A stretch of DNA of 52,141 bases from Sphaeroforma arctica JP610 (taxonomy: Eukaryota). The stretch lies in the NCBI RefSeq assembly GCF_001186125.1, contig NW_014040391.1, forward strand, positions 9,938 to 62,078, given 5' to 3'. Positions 14,876 through 25,561 of the stretch are shown one piece after another (the first letter of the stretch is position 1; the number at the start of each line of letters is the position of its first letter). The translations under genes were made by a program, and so were the position numbers. The notes under the pieces were generated by a model. The model saw only the letters and a program-made list of their open reading frames with translations, was not told the origin of the DNA and made no database searches.

Positions 14876-15234
14876 ATGCCATTGAATCTGTTCCTGCGCG
14901 AGCATGAGAAAAGGAATGTGTCCGAGTGGACATACCATGTGGAAGACAAATCCGTCAGTTCTAAAATGTTGTACCCTTTCTGGAAGAAGGTAACTCCAAC
15001 TAGTCACAGTGAACGCATTTAACCTTGTATAGATTTAAAAACTATTTGAATGTCTATTTTCGTATAAACAACACTAAAGCGGAGGGGTTCAGAACTTAGT
15101 GAAACACAATTAAAGACTAGCCGATAAGAAAGGACTATATATATATAATTTACTTATATATTATAATATATTAATATATATATTATTATATACTATATAT
15201 ATATATATCCATATATATATATATTATATACATA

Positions 15235-15266
<32 letters not shown>

Positions 15267-18200
15267 NNNNNNNNNNNNNNNNNNNNGTGTGTGTGTGTGT
15301 GTATGTGTGTATGTGTGTGTCTTCATTGTCCAGCCATTTAATATCAGAAGCCTCATAGACGGTCGCTCTTTCCCCATCGTCTCTCGCAGGTGGCCAGCAT
15401 AGTTCCCAAGACAGTGGCACCCAATGTGCTGTCACTGGCTGGGTTTATCTGCATTTTGCACGCATACTACGTAGTGACTGTGCTTAACTCGTCCTATCCC
15501 GCAGTGGCGTCGCTGTTAGCCGCTGTACTGGTATGTCTACAAGTAGTTTAATCCGAACGCACACAGATGGTCTCTAGAACGAATGGGTGTATGCGTGTGT
15601 GGGTTTGTATGTGTGCGTGAGTGTGTGTGTGTGTTGCAGGTGGTCTCATTCATCTGCATTGATACGCTCGTGTTGCGTATGGCCTGTGCCTGGTTTGTCG
15701 CTGTTGTTGACTACTGTGCTGCGGTGAGTGCTGTGAGTGTAGTCACGCGTGTGTCTGTTGTGTGTTGGTGTTGCAATGTGTTATACTGGACAATAGGGTT
15801 TTGGGTTTCGGCGATGCCACCGCACGAATCTGGCCACAGAGTTTAGGGGGGGTGTGTGTGTATTCTACTACACATATCATAACAGTTTTGCGTAGATATG
15901 GCCTAAGGCCGATATGGGTCGAGGGTGTGTGTTATACAGAGTGCCGCTTACTGCATGTTTGTGTGCTGTGGGGGTGGAGGTGTTCCCGTTGAAACGTCGC
16001 ATATGTCTGCTGGATCAGGAAACTTGGGGATAAGACCATTTGCTGTGTGTTACATAGACCTAGCTAAGCCACACACATATTGTGCTGCTAGAGAGACCGC
16101 ATATATATATATTCATATACTCTACTGCTCGCACGAGATTTTGTAGACTAGTCGCATTGTGGGTGGGGCTTAAGCTCATGGAAGGACATTTGTGTGCACA
16201 TCATCTTGTACATCTAGCGATTTAGCTTTGTGTTCCATTAGTCTGTGCGGGTGTGCGTGTTTGTTGTGCGTGTGTGTATGCGTGTATCTGCGTGTCAGTA
16301 ACCGTTTGTGAGTGGTTAAGAGTACCACCCTGCCAGTGTAGTCATATATGTGCGTGTGACCATAGCTGAATATCGCAAGGAAAGCTCTCGCTGCAAACAA
16401 ATTTATGAGGCGGCTGGCGGTATTAGACTATGTATAGTCCCTGTGTCACTGACACACACTCCCTTTTATGCCTGTGGGGTATAAGCTGTGTCCCGTGCAT
16501 CTGTGGCATTCTATTTATACATAATGTGCCTTACTCTATGCCACACCCCTCTGCTGTTTGTCTATTGAATACTGTGGCATTCTATTAATACATAGACACA
16601 TGCTCATGTCTACACCCCTCAGGTGTTTGCCTACCAGACACTGGACGCCATCGATGGTATCCATGCTCGGCGGACAATGAACGAGTCCAGCATTGGCGAA
16701 CTGTTTGACCACGCGTGCGACAATGTGGGCATGCCCTTCTTAGTCATCACCGTCGCAAGGTATGGCTTACGGCAATGATTCTGTGTATGTGCATATGCGT
16801 CTCTACAACTGTGTGTATGTGCATATGCGTCTTTACATCTGTGTGTATGTGCATATGCGTCTTTACATCTGTGTGTATGTGCATATGCGTCTCTACATCT
16901 GTGTGTATGTGCATATGCGTCTCTACATCTGTGTGTATGTGTGTATGTATGTATGTATATAGAAATGGACGTGTAAAGGCATGTATTTGCGTTTGCGTTT
17001 GCGTATGCGTATGCGTATGCGTATACTTGTGCACATGTGCGTATGTTTGTGCCCGTCCTCTACCCAGATACATGTGTACGTTACTCGTCAATGTAACACA
17101 TTCCGGTTGGCGGCATAGACGCTCTTCCATCGATAGTCGCGTATTCTCAGGCGAGGCAATGTGAACAGGTAAAGGCCTGTGCGCTACGAATGACAGTACC
17201 ACCACACCCGACCAACACGTGTGCTTCACTCGCTGCACTCTGCATCGTTACGCTTTCTCTGTGCACCCGCGTGTGGATGATGGGATGGTTTGATCTTTGG
17301 CGGTGTAGTGCTGTTCCTTTCATACCTTATTTGTATCTACATATCCTGCATAACCTGCTCTTCCCATACCCCCATGTTTATCTCGGCATTTGGTAGTTAC
17401 TGAGATAATATAATAGCACCCGTCAGATCCATCCCTAGCCTTAACTCACACCTCACCGTCCGTTTGCTGTGGCTGTGGCAGGTGTCTTGGCTACACCAAC
17501 AATGTGTGCATCTGGTTTGTGGTGCAATCGGTGCAGCTTGTCCTGATGAAGTCCCACTTCAAGGCCTTTATCGGTAAGTGTAGTAAAAGATTTAGAACCC
17601 TAACACACTGGATGAAGCTCATGATATCCTTTACTGTGCACGTTTGTACACTGAGTGGGGGTAGCCTTTGATTGTGAGGGGTGTGCCAGAGTGAACTCAT
17701 GTCCTTGTGCGTATCGATTGCTGAGTCTGGTCTGCCGTGGGTGCTCTCTAGAGCATCTGTGCTTCGTACATGGTTATAATGTCTTGAGAGTTAAAGTCCT
17801 GTTTGCCGCCAATGGTACGCACACGTTGGCTGGGAAAGGCAAGGAATAGATGTAAGTTAGTGAGTTCGTGTGTCATAGTATCTAGGACCCCGCTATCGAC
17901 CGCACGAAGTCCAACCGCATCAAGTGTGTTGATGACGGGTAGGGTGTTGATAAACACGCAGTGCTGGTAGAATCACACAACCTACTCTTGCACCACACAA
18001 GCACCACTCAAGGAAACAACCAGCGCTTTAGACGGCTACGTGTGGCAGGTGTTACCCAGAACTTTAGAACCCTAAACTAAAACAACCCCTAAACCAAAAG
18101 GACCCCCTGAACAACCACTGATCTATCCTGGCCAAATCCAAAATATAAGAATAGACCACCGTTCCATAAATAGCCTACGGACAGCCAGCGCATTGTTTAG

Positions 18201-21200
18201 TACCGTGTTGTGTTGTCTCCAGGAGGTACGCCCACCATTGCAGATATTTTAATCCCATCGTATATACAGATTCTAAAAATAGACTGTTGTCATTTTAAAA
18301 ATAGATTGATATCATTTTAATAGTAGACCGTTTCATTCTAAAAGTAGACTGTTGTCTTTTTAAAAATATTTTAATAATAGATCGTTATCATTCTAAAAAT
18401 ATACTGTTATCATTTTAAAAATAGACCGATGTCGTTCTAAATAATCGACCGTTCCCATTCTTATCATACCACAGACAGCGAGCGCTTTGTCCGGTACCGT
18501 GTGGTGGGGTCGCCAGGGGATGCGCTGATCATTGTGGAGATTGTGTTGATTGCTCGGTCTATGCTGGGGCTGGACTGGCTGTTCACCATGTACCTGCATC
18601 TGCTGCATCTGCTCAGTGACTTGACTGAGTATATCCTGCACCAGATCGGGTTCACTGAGTTCCATGCACCCCACGAACAGGTGACGGAGGTATGCTTGTG
18701 ATATGTCTGCCTTAGGGTTTTAGGGGTTTAGAACCCTCCTAAACCCTGAATGACAATCTTGATTTATTGTGCTCCTTTGAATAAACCACCATCGAGACTA
18801 AAACCAGGTTTGTCTCTCGCGCTGGCAATGGTTTATCATACAGGAGCAACTGTGGCTGTGGGGTCCCAAGGTGATCTACTACGGATTGCTGCTGTGGTTT
18901 ATCGCTCGTGTGCTGCTGACCAAGAAACAGTTAAAGTTCAACGACCCCATCACAGGCGAAGCCATTGGCGAACAGGTCGACACCTACCCCACCAAGACAG
19001 CCCTGCTACTGTGCCTGGGGTGTGTGAAAGGCCTATTCATATTTATATATGTGTATATATATATCTATCTATCTATCTATCTATGTTTATATAAATATAT
19101 ATATCTATATATATGACTATTCGTTTCCTTTCATGTGTAATGTCTGGGCTCTGGGCTATGTAGTAACCCGTGGCAACACAACGCAGAACACTCTATGATT
19201 GTGTTGTAGGCCTAAGTCGTCCCTGTCCATCACTTTCTGGTGGTGTATTAGCTGCATGTATAGCCTGTTCTGATCGGTGTCTGTGAGTGTATTAGGTTCA
19301 TGTCCCATCGCAACTCTTTCTGAGTATAAGCAATGTGCTTGTTGACTCCCCTCATATACTCTTCAATCTCACCCTACAACCCCCCCCCCCCTCACCATCA
19401 CCACCCCATGCGACCGCCTTCCTCCGAGTCTCCTTCTGCCATCTAAACCCTAAACCCTAACAGATATCGTGCAATCCCCTCTCTGCTACTGTGGGTGCCT
19501 GGGGCTACGCCGGTGACACTGTTTGTCTCTGAACTCGACATCATCTGCGATGGTGTGCTGATGTCAATTTTGACGTCTGATCTCATTCTCTCTAAAATGG
19601 CCCGCCGGAATGTCCATTCATGGGTGTGTGGCTGTGTGTATGACTGACCATTTTATGAGTGTGTATGCCACATGGTATCAACAGCCGTGTATATTCATGT
19701 ACACGCCTGTACGCAAATACGTGCAGCGAGAGTTACAATAATATATAGATATATATATGGATATATATATATATTATAATGGTGTCTATTAGGCTTACCT
19801 GCGCACATACATATGTAGTTTTATATGTAGTGCCCACGTATATGCCATGTGCAGGTCAATCATGCATACCAATGCCATTGCACAGGAACACAGTGCACGT
19901 GGGTATATGGTGACACGTGTGTTGACAAAAGATGGGGATGATTCATATAGTTACAAGGCGATGTATCAGAATTATCATGCCCAACCACTACGAGTGCCAG
20001 GTTAACAGGGGTTGCGTCATACTTAATCTCACCTATGCCCTATAAACAGTTCAAAATGTAAGCTCCAAGTGGAGTGTGTATATGTGACTGTGCCTGGTGT
20101 ATGCATGTAGGTACATCCGTAGAGCTTCTGCATAGTACTACAACCCCAATTAACACGCGACCACTTCCAACCCCGTCCTCTCGTGACATTCGTCAGTGGT
20201 GAGTGTACGGCTTTCGTGTCAGGTCAATCCAATCGCACACACAACTCACTCAGAGTGTGTGCGTTGCTGCCCTTTGTGCACACACAGTCTTCTCTGTGCG
20301 CCTCTATAACCCATTCGGCCTGGCATTGCGCATGTGCATAGCTCATACGACTACCTCACCCGTACACGCCCCTACATCTAAACCCTAAAACCTTCTACAG
20401 ACAACCCTAAAACCCTTTGCCCAGGCCTAGATCCGTATCACACAGGCTCACCTACGTACATGTAGACTGACCTCTTAACCCACCCCATGCCCAGGTGCCT
20501 ATCCTCTACATGCTGTCTATCTTCGACCGGCTGGTGTGTCTGGTGCTGGTGGCTGTTTACTTTGGAGGGGTCTTCGGTGATCTGTGCACGTACATGAATC
20601 TGCCGCTGCTCACAACAAACGTCAATGTGTACTGCGACGGCGTGTACGATCTATGCCACTGTGGCCACAAGGTGTGTGTTGTGTAGCATGATTACTTGTG
20701 CATAAGGTGTGATATGTAGGACTATTTTTCTTTATAACAATAATAGCCTGTGCTGGGGATATGAATAAGCACCCCTGCATCCCACATCCTTCCTTTCGAT
20801 TGGCTTTTAAAAATAGCACCCACTCTCCCTCAGAATCTATTCAAAGCTGCGCTGCGATTCGGCACGCGACTGCTGGTGGGTGTGGTGGGCGACGAAGACG
20901 CCAACAAATACAAGCGACCACCCATCATGACATGTGACGAGCGGGCAGCTGAGGTGGCTGGGTGCAAAGGCGTGCACACGGTTATTAAGGACTCACCTTG
21001 CTTTGGGCTGACGGAGGAGTTTATTAAGAAGCACATGATCCATGTGGTGGCCCACGGAAAGGAGTACACGGCACTGGACCAGGCGGAGGTGGGGTTTGTG
21101 TGCGTTGGGGGTTGTTCGTGTATGTATTGTATGTGGCTGTGGAGGGTATGTGCATTGTATTGTGCATATTCAATATAGTAGGATGTATGTTTAAATGTAG

Positions 21201-22411
21201 ATATTGCTATGTATATGTATATGTATATATGCAGATACCTATACTTACACTTACATATATATATATAGTACATACATATATACATACATATATGTGTGTT
21301 TGTGTTTGTGTTTGTGTTTGTGTGTAGTTTTTATATATTTTATTATTTATTATATATATATATATATATATATTTGCATACAAAGTTTGATATTCTATGT
21401 GCAAATACACATTCTTTCATAAACCCATTGCAACCTACACCACTCAAATTGAAATCACAAACGCATCTGACAAATCATTGTGCGAGTAGGAATACCGAAA
21501 AGAAATGGAGAAAGCGCTGGAAAAGGGGGACTTAGAAGGGGCCAAAGAATTGCGAAAGAAAGCTGCGTTTGAGCAGAAGAAGGGAGACATCAACCCCAAG
21601 GCACTCAGCGAACGGGTAAGCCTGCCCTGTTACCTGGGGGGTTACTGGCTGGGATTGCATGTACGCATGCAATGGTTGTACACGGTTGACTTTCGGTTGT
21701 TTGGTTATATACAGGCATTCAATTAGCGCGCGGATGTGCCATGATGTGTGTGGTTGTGTGTACACGTGCTATGTCTTGATGAATGCTAGCATACGTGTCT
21801 ATTCTCCCGCAGGGTTTTGGGGTTAATGCTAACGCACGAGTCCATCTCCCGCAGGGTTTTGGGGTTAATGCTAACACACGTGCCTATTCTCCTGCAGGGT
21901 TTTAGGGTTAACGCTAACACACGTGCCTATTCTCCCGCAGGGTTTTAGGGTTAACGCTAACACACGTGCCTAATCTCCCGCAGGGTTTTAGGGTTATTGC
22001 TAACACACGTGCCTATTCTCCTGCAGGGTTTTAGGGTTAACGCTAACACACGTGCCTATTCTCCCGCAGGGTTTTAGGGTTAATGCTAACACACGTGCCT
22101 ATTCTCCTGCAGGGTTTTAGGGTTAACGCTAACACACGTGCCTATTCTCCCGCAGGGTTTTAGGGTTATTGCTAACACACGTGCCTATTCTCCTGCAGGG
22201 TTTTAGGGTTAACGCTAACACGTGCCTATTCTCCTGCAGGGTTTTAGGGTTAACGCTAACACACGTGCCTATTCTCCTGCAGGGAGAGAAGTACTATAAA
22301 GTTGCCTTCGACATGGGCATCTCAGAAATTCTGCCGCGCACGCCTGGGCTAAGCACCAGCGACCTTATACGTCGGTGTCAAGAGGCCGGCACTAAACGCC
22401 ACGACAAGTGA
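14876..22411 (+). CDS. Fusion of a CDP-alcohol phosphatidyltransferase (choline/ethanolamine phosphotransferase-like) and a C-terminal cytidylyltransferase, ~573 aa
   Basis: Phase-consistent exons 14876-14989, 15390-15530, 16623-16759, 17482-17573, 18475-18689, 18844-19019, 19464-19623, 20495-20671, 20834-21088, 21490-21615, 22283-22411. Motifs APNVLS, YQTLDAIDGIHARR...GELFDHACD, YCDGVYDLCHCGH (HxGH), YKRPPIMTCDER and PRTPGLSTSDLIRR. Confidence 0.9.
15267..15286. other. Assembly gap (20 N) inside a microsatellite
   Basis: N run flanked by (TA)n and (GT)n. Confidence 0.99.
16779..16945. repeat. 30-bp intronic minisatellite, ~5 copies
   Basis: CTGTGTGTATGTGCATATGCGTCTYTACAT is repeated. Confidence 0.92.
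18270..18455. repeat. Degenerate ~22-bp AT-rich tandem repeat upstream of an acceptor
   Basis: TTYTAAAAATAGACYGTTRTCA-like units. Confidence 0.8.
21782..22284 (+). repeat. 43-bp minisatellite, 12 copies; each has branchpoint-like GCTAAC, a pyrimidine tract, CAG and GGGTTTTAGGGTTA
   Basis: CAG ends at 21812, 21854, 21897, 21940, 21983, 22026, 22069, 22112, 22155, 22198, 22239 and 22282. Confidence 0.95.
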
Positions 22412-22863
22412 TGCTGGCTGCATCTCCTCGTGAATCGAATACAAGTCACCGCTGATCAGCCAGTCCATCATAAGCCTTGTACGTCATGCGTATATGACCA
22501 CCCACGCATCCATGTAGGGCGAGGAAGTGTATACGTCCATACATGTCTGTCAGTGCCCTGACAAGCGGACGCTCTCGGCATAGGTACAACGCACTTAAGA
22601 AACGTGCACTAAGCGTATGCAAGAATGTGGCCTCACTACCTTCGAATGGGGTCAGTCTCGTGGATTGCTCTGCACGATGACTATACCACAGGCGGGGCGA
22701 CTGCACCTTTGCCATCAGTGGCAATGCGAAAGCAGATGGCATGCTACTTCAATTATTAAAATTCAGCCTACCGTTTAAGACCCTAGTACGACTTTAGTCT
22801 GGGTACTTAATATTGGCTGCTCCGATGGTTTTCAATACTCGATAGTTTGACCCCTATTCAATT

Positions 22864-23158
22864 ACATGTGCTGAAAGGACTCATGTGCACACAAAAAAGA
22901 AACTTAGGGAGATTCTCTGTGGGTGCCTTAGCTACCCTCAATGGTATTGCCTTAGATACCCTTAGTCGGAGAGCCGTCAGTGTGTGCTAGAGTGCTATGT
23001 TTATTATACATGTGTTTTTAGATTGACATGTGCTGAAAGGACTCATGGGCACACAAGAAAGTAGCACACGGAGATTCTCTCTGGGTGTCTTGGTTGCTCT
23101 CAATTTTAGTCGGAGTGCCGTCAGTGTGTGCTAGAATGCTATGTTTAGTATAGATGTG
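22864..23158. repeat. Diverged tandem duplication (~160 bp period, 2 copies)
   Basis: ACATGTGCTGAAAGGACTCATG...TAGTCGGAGWGCCGTCAGTGTGTGCTAGA occurs at ~22864 and ~23027. Confidence 0.85.
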
Positions 23159-23551
23159 ACATACATAGTCGCGCTGTGTTTATGTTTGCGTCCACTGGTG
23201 TGTAAGCGGGTGTCTTTTTTGTTGAATTGGTTTCTTGTGTGCATCCTCACAATTCAATTATAAACGATTAGATTAAGCCCGCTTACTTATGAGTTACTTT
23301 GGTCAGGCACCGTTCCACGGATTTGGCCAACGTTCGAACCCATTGCAAACTTCCGATGAAATATGATGTTTGTCATCTGTCGAAATAGCCGAAGGCGGCA
23401 GAACGTAGTTCGACGTAGCTGCATAGTCTTTTTATTACATCTACTTTAAGGGGTCAGTTTTGGCTATAAAAACCGACTGCCATGCGTTGCAATTATCACA
23501 AAACTATATTGTTAGCATTAGAATAGCCATGGACCATTCCGTAAAACATCA

Positions 23552-23787
23552 CTTCCATTCAATTGCAATTGACTCAGTGTATGTGTGAATAATTGCAATT
23601 GATTCGGTGTATACGGTGTATTCAATTGCAATTGATTCGGTGTATGTGTATTCAATTGCAATTGATTCGGTGTATGTGTATTCAATTGCAATTGATTCGG
23701 TGTATGTGTATTCAATTGCAATTGATTCCGTGTACGTGTTTCGCTAAACATCGCTTCCATTCAATTGCAATTGATTCAGTATACGTG
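23552..23787. repeat. 30-bp repeat array with palindrome TCAATTGCAATTGA (7 copies) inside the TIR element
   Basis: TTCAATTGCAATTGATTCGGTGTATGTGTA units; one copy has a substitution. Confidence 0.93.
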
Positions 23788-24106
23788 GTTGTTCGTGGTT
23801 GTTCTGTGCCCTATTCATCTCACATCACCAGATCCCTAAGACAGATATCTAGAAACGCAAGAAACCCTACAACTGTCGCATGTATTCAATCCAGTATCTG
23901 AATTACATGTATGATGTATTTACAAAAAATAGTTGAGGTAAAGCTTTTTGCAAAAAAAAAATTGTGAGAACGGAATATTTATTCATTTCATTGTATGTTT
24001 CCTACATACATGAGCTACATTCTCAAAGGGACTAGTATTAAACGGTATAGTACGGTGATCGAATACTCCCTTCCAAGGAGGTGTTCGGTTCCTCCTGGTA
24101 GAGCCT

Positions 24107-24559
24107 TTAGTTGTTGGCCAAATCAATAATTTTCTGCATCTCGTTGTACTCAAAAGTACCGTCAGATGCCTTGCTCTTGCGACGCTCACGCACCTCGACC
24201 TTGTTGCCCTGCTCGAGGTGCACCATGAACTCTCGGGTCATCACAGTCTGCTCGGACTCATCGACACTCTCGCTGAATGTGCGCAGCACCAGGTTTCCGT
24301 GGTCGTCGCCTTGCTCGGGTTCTGGGGGTGCGAAGACGGTGGTGTGCCCGTTGGATACCAGCAGCTTGTTCTTGGCATGGATTTCCTTCACAATAGCACT
24401 GGATTTGTCCTTTACAACGTCGCAAACGGCCTCGAAAGAGTCCAGGTTGGCGGTATCGCACAGGTTCATAAGTCGACAGCTTGCATCGTCATCGGCTAAG
24501 TCGGTATATGAAGATTTGCGGCGGACCAAACGGAATGGTGCCGCACCTGTCGATGTCAT
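24107..24559 (-). CDS. Intronless 150-aa protein of unknown function (cargo of the TIR element)
   Basis: Uninterrupted ATG-to-TAA ORF, GC-rich third codon positions against AT-rich flanks, globular-looking composition, AAG-ATG start context. No family recognised. Confidence 0.75.
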   Translation of the reverse strand: MTSTGAAPFRLVRRKSSYTDLADDDASCRLMNLCDTANLDSFEAVCDVVKDKSSAIVKEIHAKNKLLVSNGHTTVFAPPEPEQGDDHGNLVLRTFSESVDESEQTVMTREFMVHLEQGNKVEVRERRKSKASDGTFEYNEMQKIIDLANN

Positions 24560-24652
24560 CTTGCTGATTAGAGGGGGCGGAGGTTGACCGAGGAGGGTTA
24601 TTTAGCTTCAAACCAATATAGTTTTGTGATAATTGCAACGCATGGCAGTCGG

Positions 24653-24660
24653 CTTTTATA
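24653..24660 (-). promoter_or_regulatory. Putative TATA box (TATAAAAG) inside the right TIR, ~95 bp upstream of the cargo ATG
   Basis: The minus strand reads GGCTATAAAAGCCG. The left TIR has TATAAAAA pointing inward. Confidence 0.45.
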
Positions 24661-25435
24661 GCCAAAACTGACCCCTTAAAGTAGATGTAATAAAAGGACT
24701 ATGCAGCTACGTCGAACTACGAACCCACTGTAATCTGTAAGTAAAGTTGTAAACGCATACAAATCGCGCAATCCGTTGTTGGATCCCCATCAGAATACTC
24801 TACTAAGAATTCCACAAATCACCCCGACATATATTTGTTTATTGTCCACAGTAGCGTGAAAGTCGGTACGTCACATCAACCTCAACCCAGAGCCCAACCC
24901 CTAGAGTTATGGAACATAAATGATCTCAGCTGTTGAAAACTACTGGTTGGTAGCTTTTTGGAAATCATAAAAGGCAACTGGAGTCATCAAAAAATAAGCC
25001 AGGTCATAGTTTGTCATAAACAAATCAGCTGATAAAGGTTCGTACTTTTTCCTATTGGTAGTTGCAAATCTATGTACTCTTTGGTTCCAAAAATAGTTTA
25101 TATACGCCTAATACAGGGCTTGAACATGTCAGCGGATTTAAAGTTTGCACAGTACATATAGCACAATTTTATATCTGCAGTGCCTGTCAATCTGTCATAT
25201 CATTCATTTTACTCATTATGAATTTTATTTATTTATCTCTATTCTTTCAGAGAGGAAGTCGCAAACTGGATCATTTCCGGAAGACGTGAGCGTTTTGTAT
25301 GATGTCACAATAATTCAGGGATTCCTTCACAACCGCCTAGAGGAGTTCGCAGAGTTCGAAATATCAAATAGTTTTCGAAATTTTAGACTGAGTGTGTTTA
25401 CACCTTTGACTGTATGTTTAGCCCTACTTGGTACA

Positions 25436-25561
25436 GTAGCAAGCTGTACGCAATTCGGAATTACCATTGTTGCTGACATCTGCATCGATTCTATCTTAGT
25501 TTAGTAGCAAGCTGGACGAAATTCGAAATTACTCTTGTTTGTTGACATCTACATGGATTCT
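25436..25561. repeat. Diverged ~68-bp tandem duplication
   Basis: GTAGCAAGCTG.ACG.AATTCG.AATTAC..TTGTT...TGACATCT.CAT.GATTCT occurs twice. Confidence 0.8.

Larger units (their letters stand above)
23405..24720. mobile_element. Non-autonomous TIR element, 1316 bp, with 107-bp TIRs, 4-bp TSD (GAAC) and a cargo ORF
   Basis: 23405-23511 is the reverse complement of 24614-24720 with 2 mismatches. GAAC lies at 23401-23404 and 24721-24724. Termini are GTAG...CTAC. Confidence 0.88.

Noticed and set aside
23552..23787. Palindromic repeat array as CRISPR
   Set aside because: The intervening sequences are short and nearly identical
24111..24587. 158-aa plus-strand ORF
   Set aside because: Antisense shadow of the codon-biased cargo ORF
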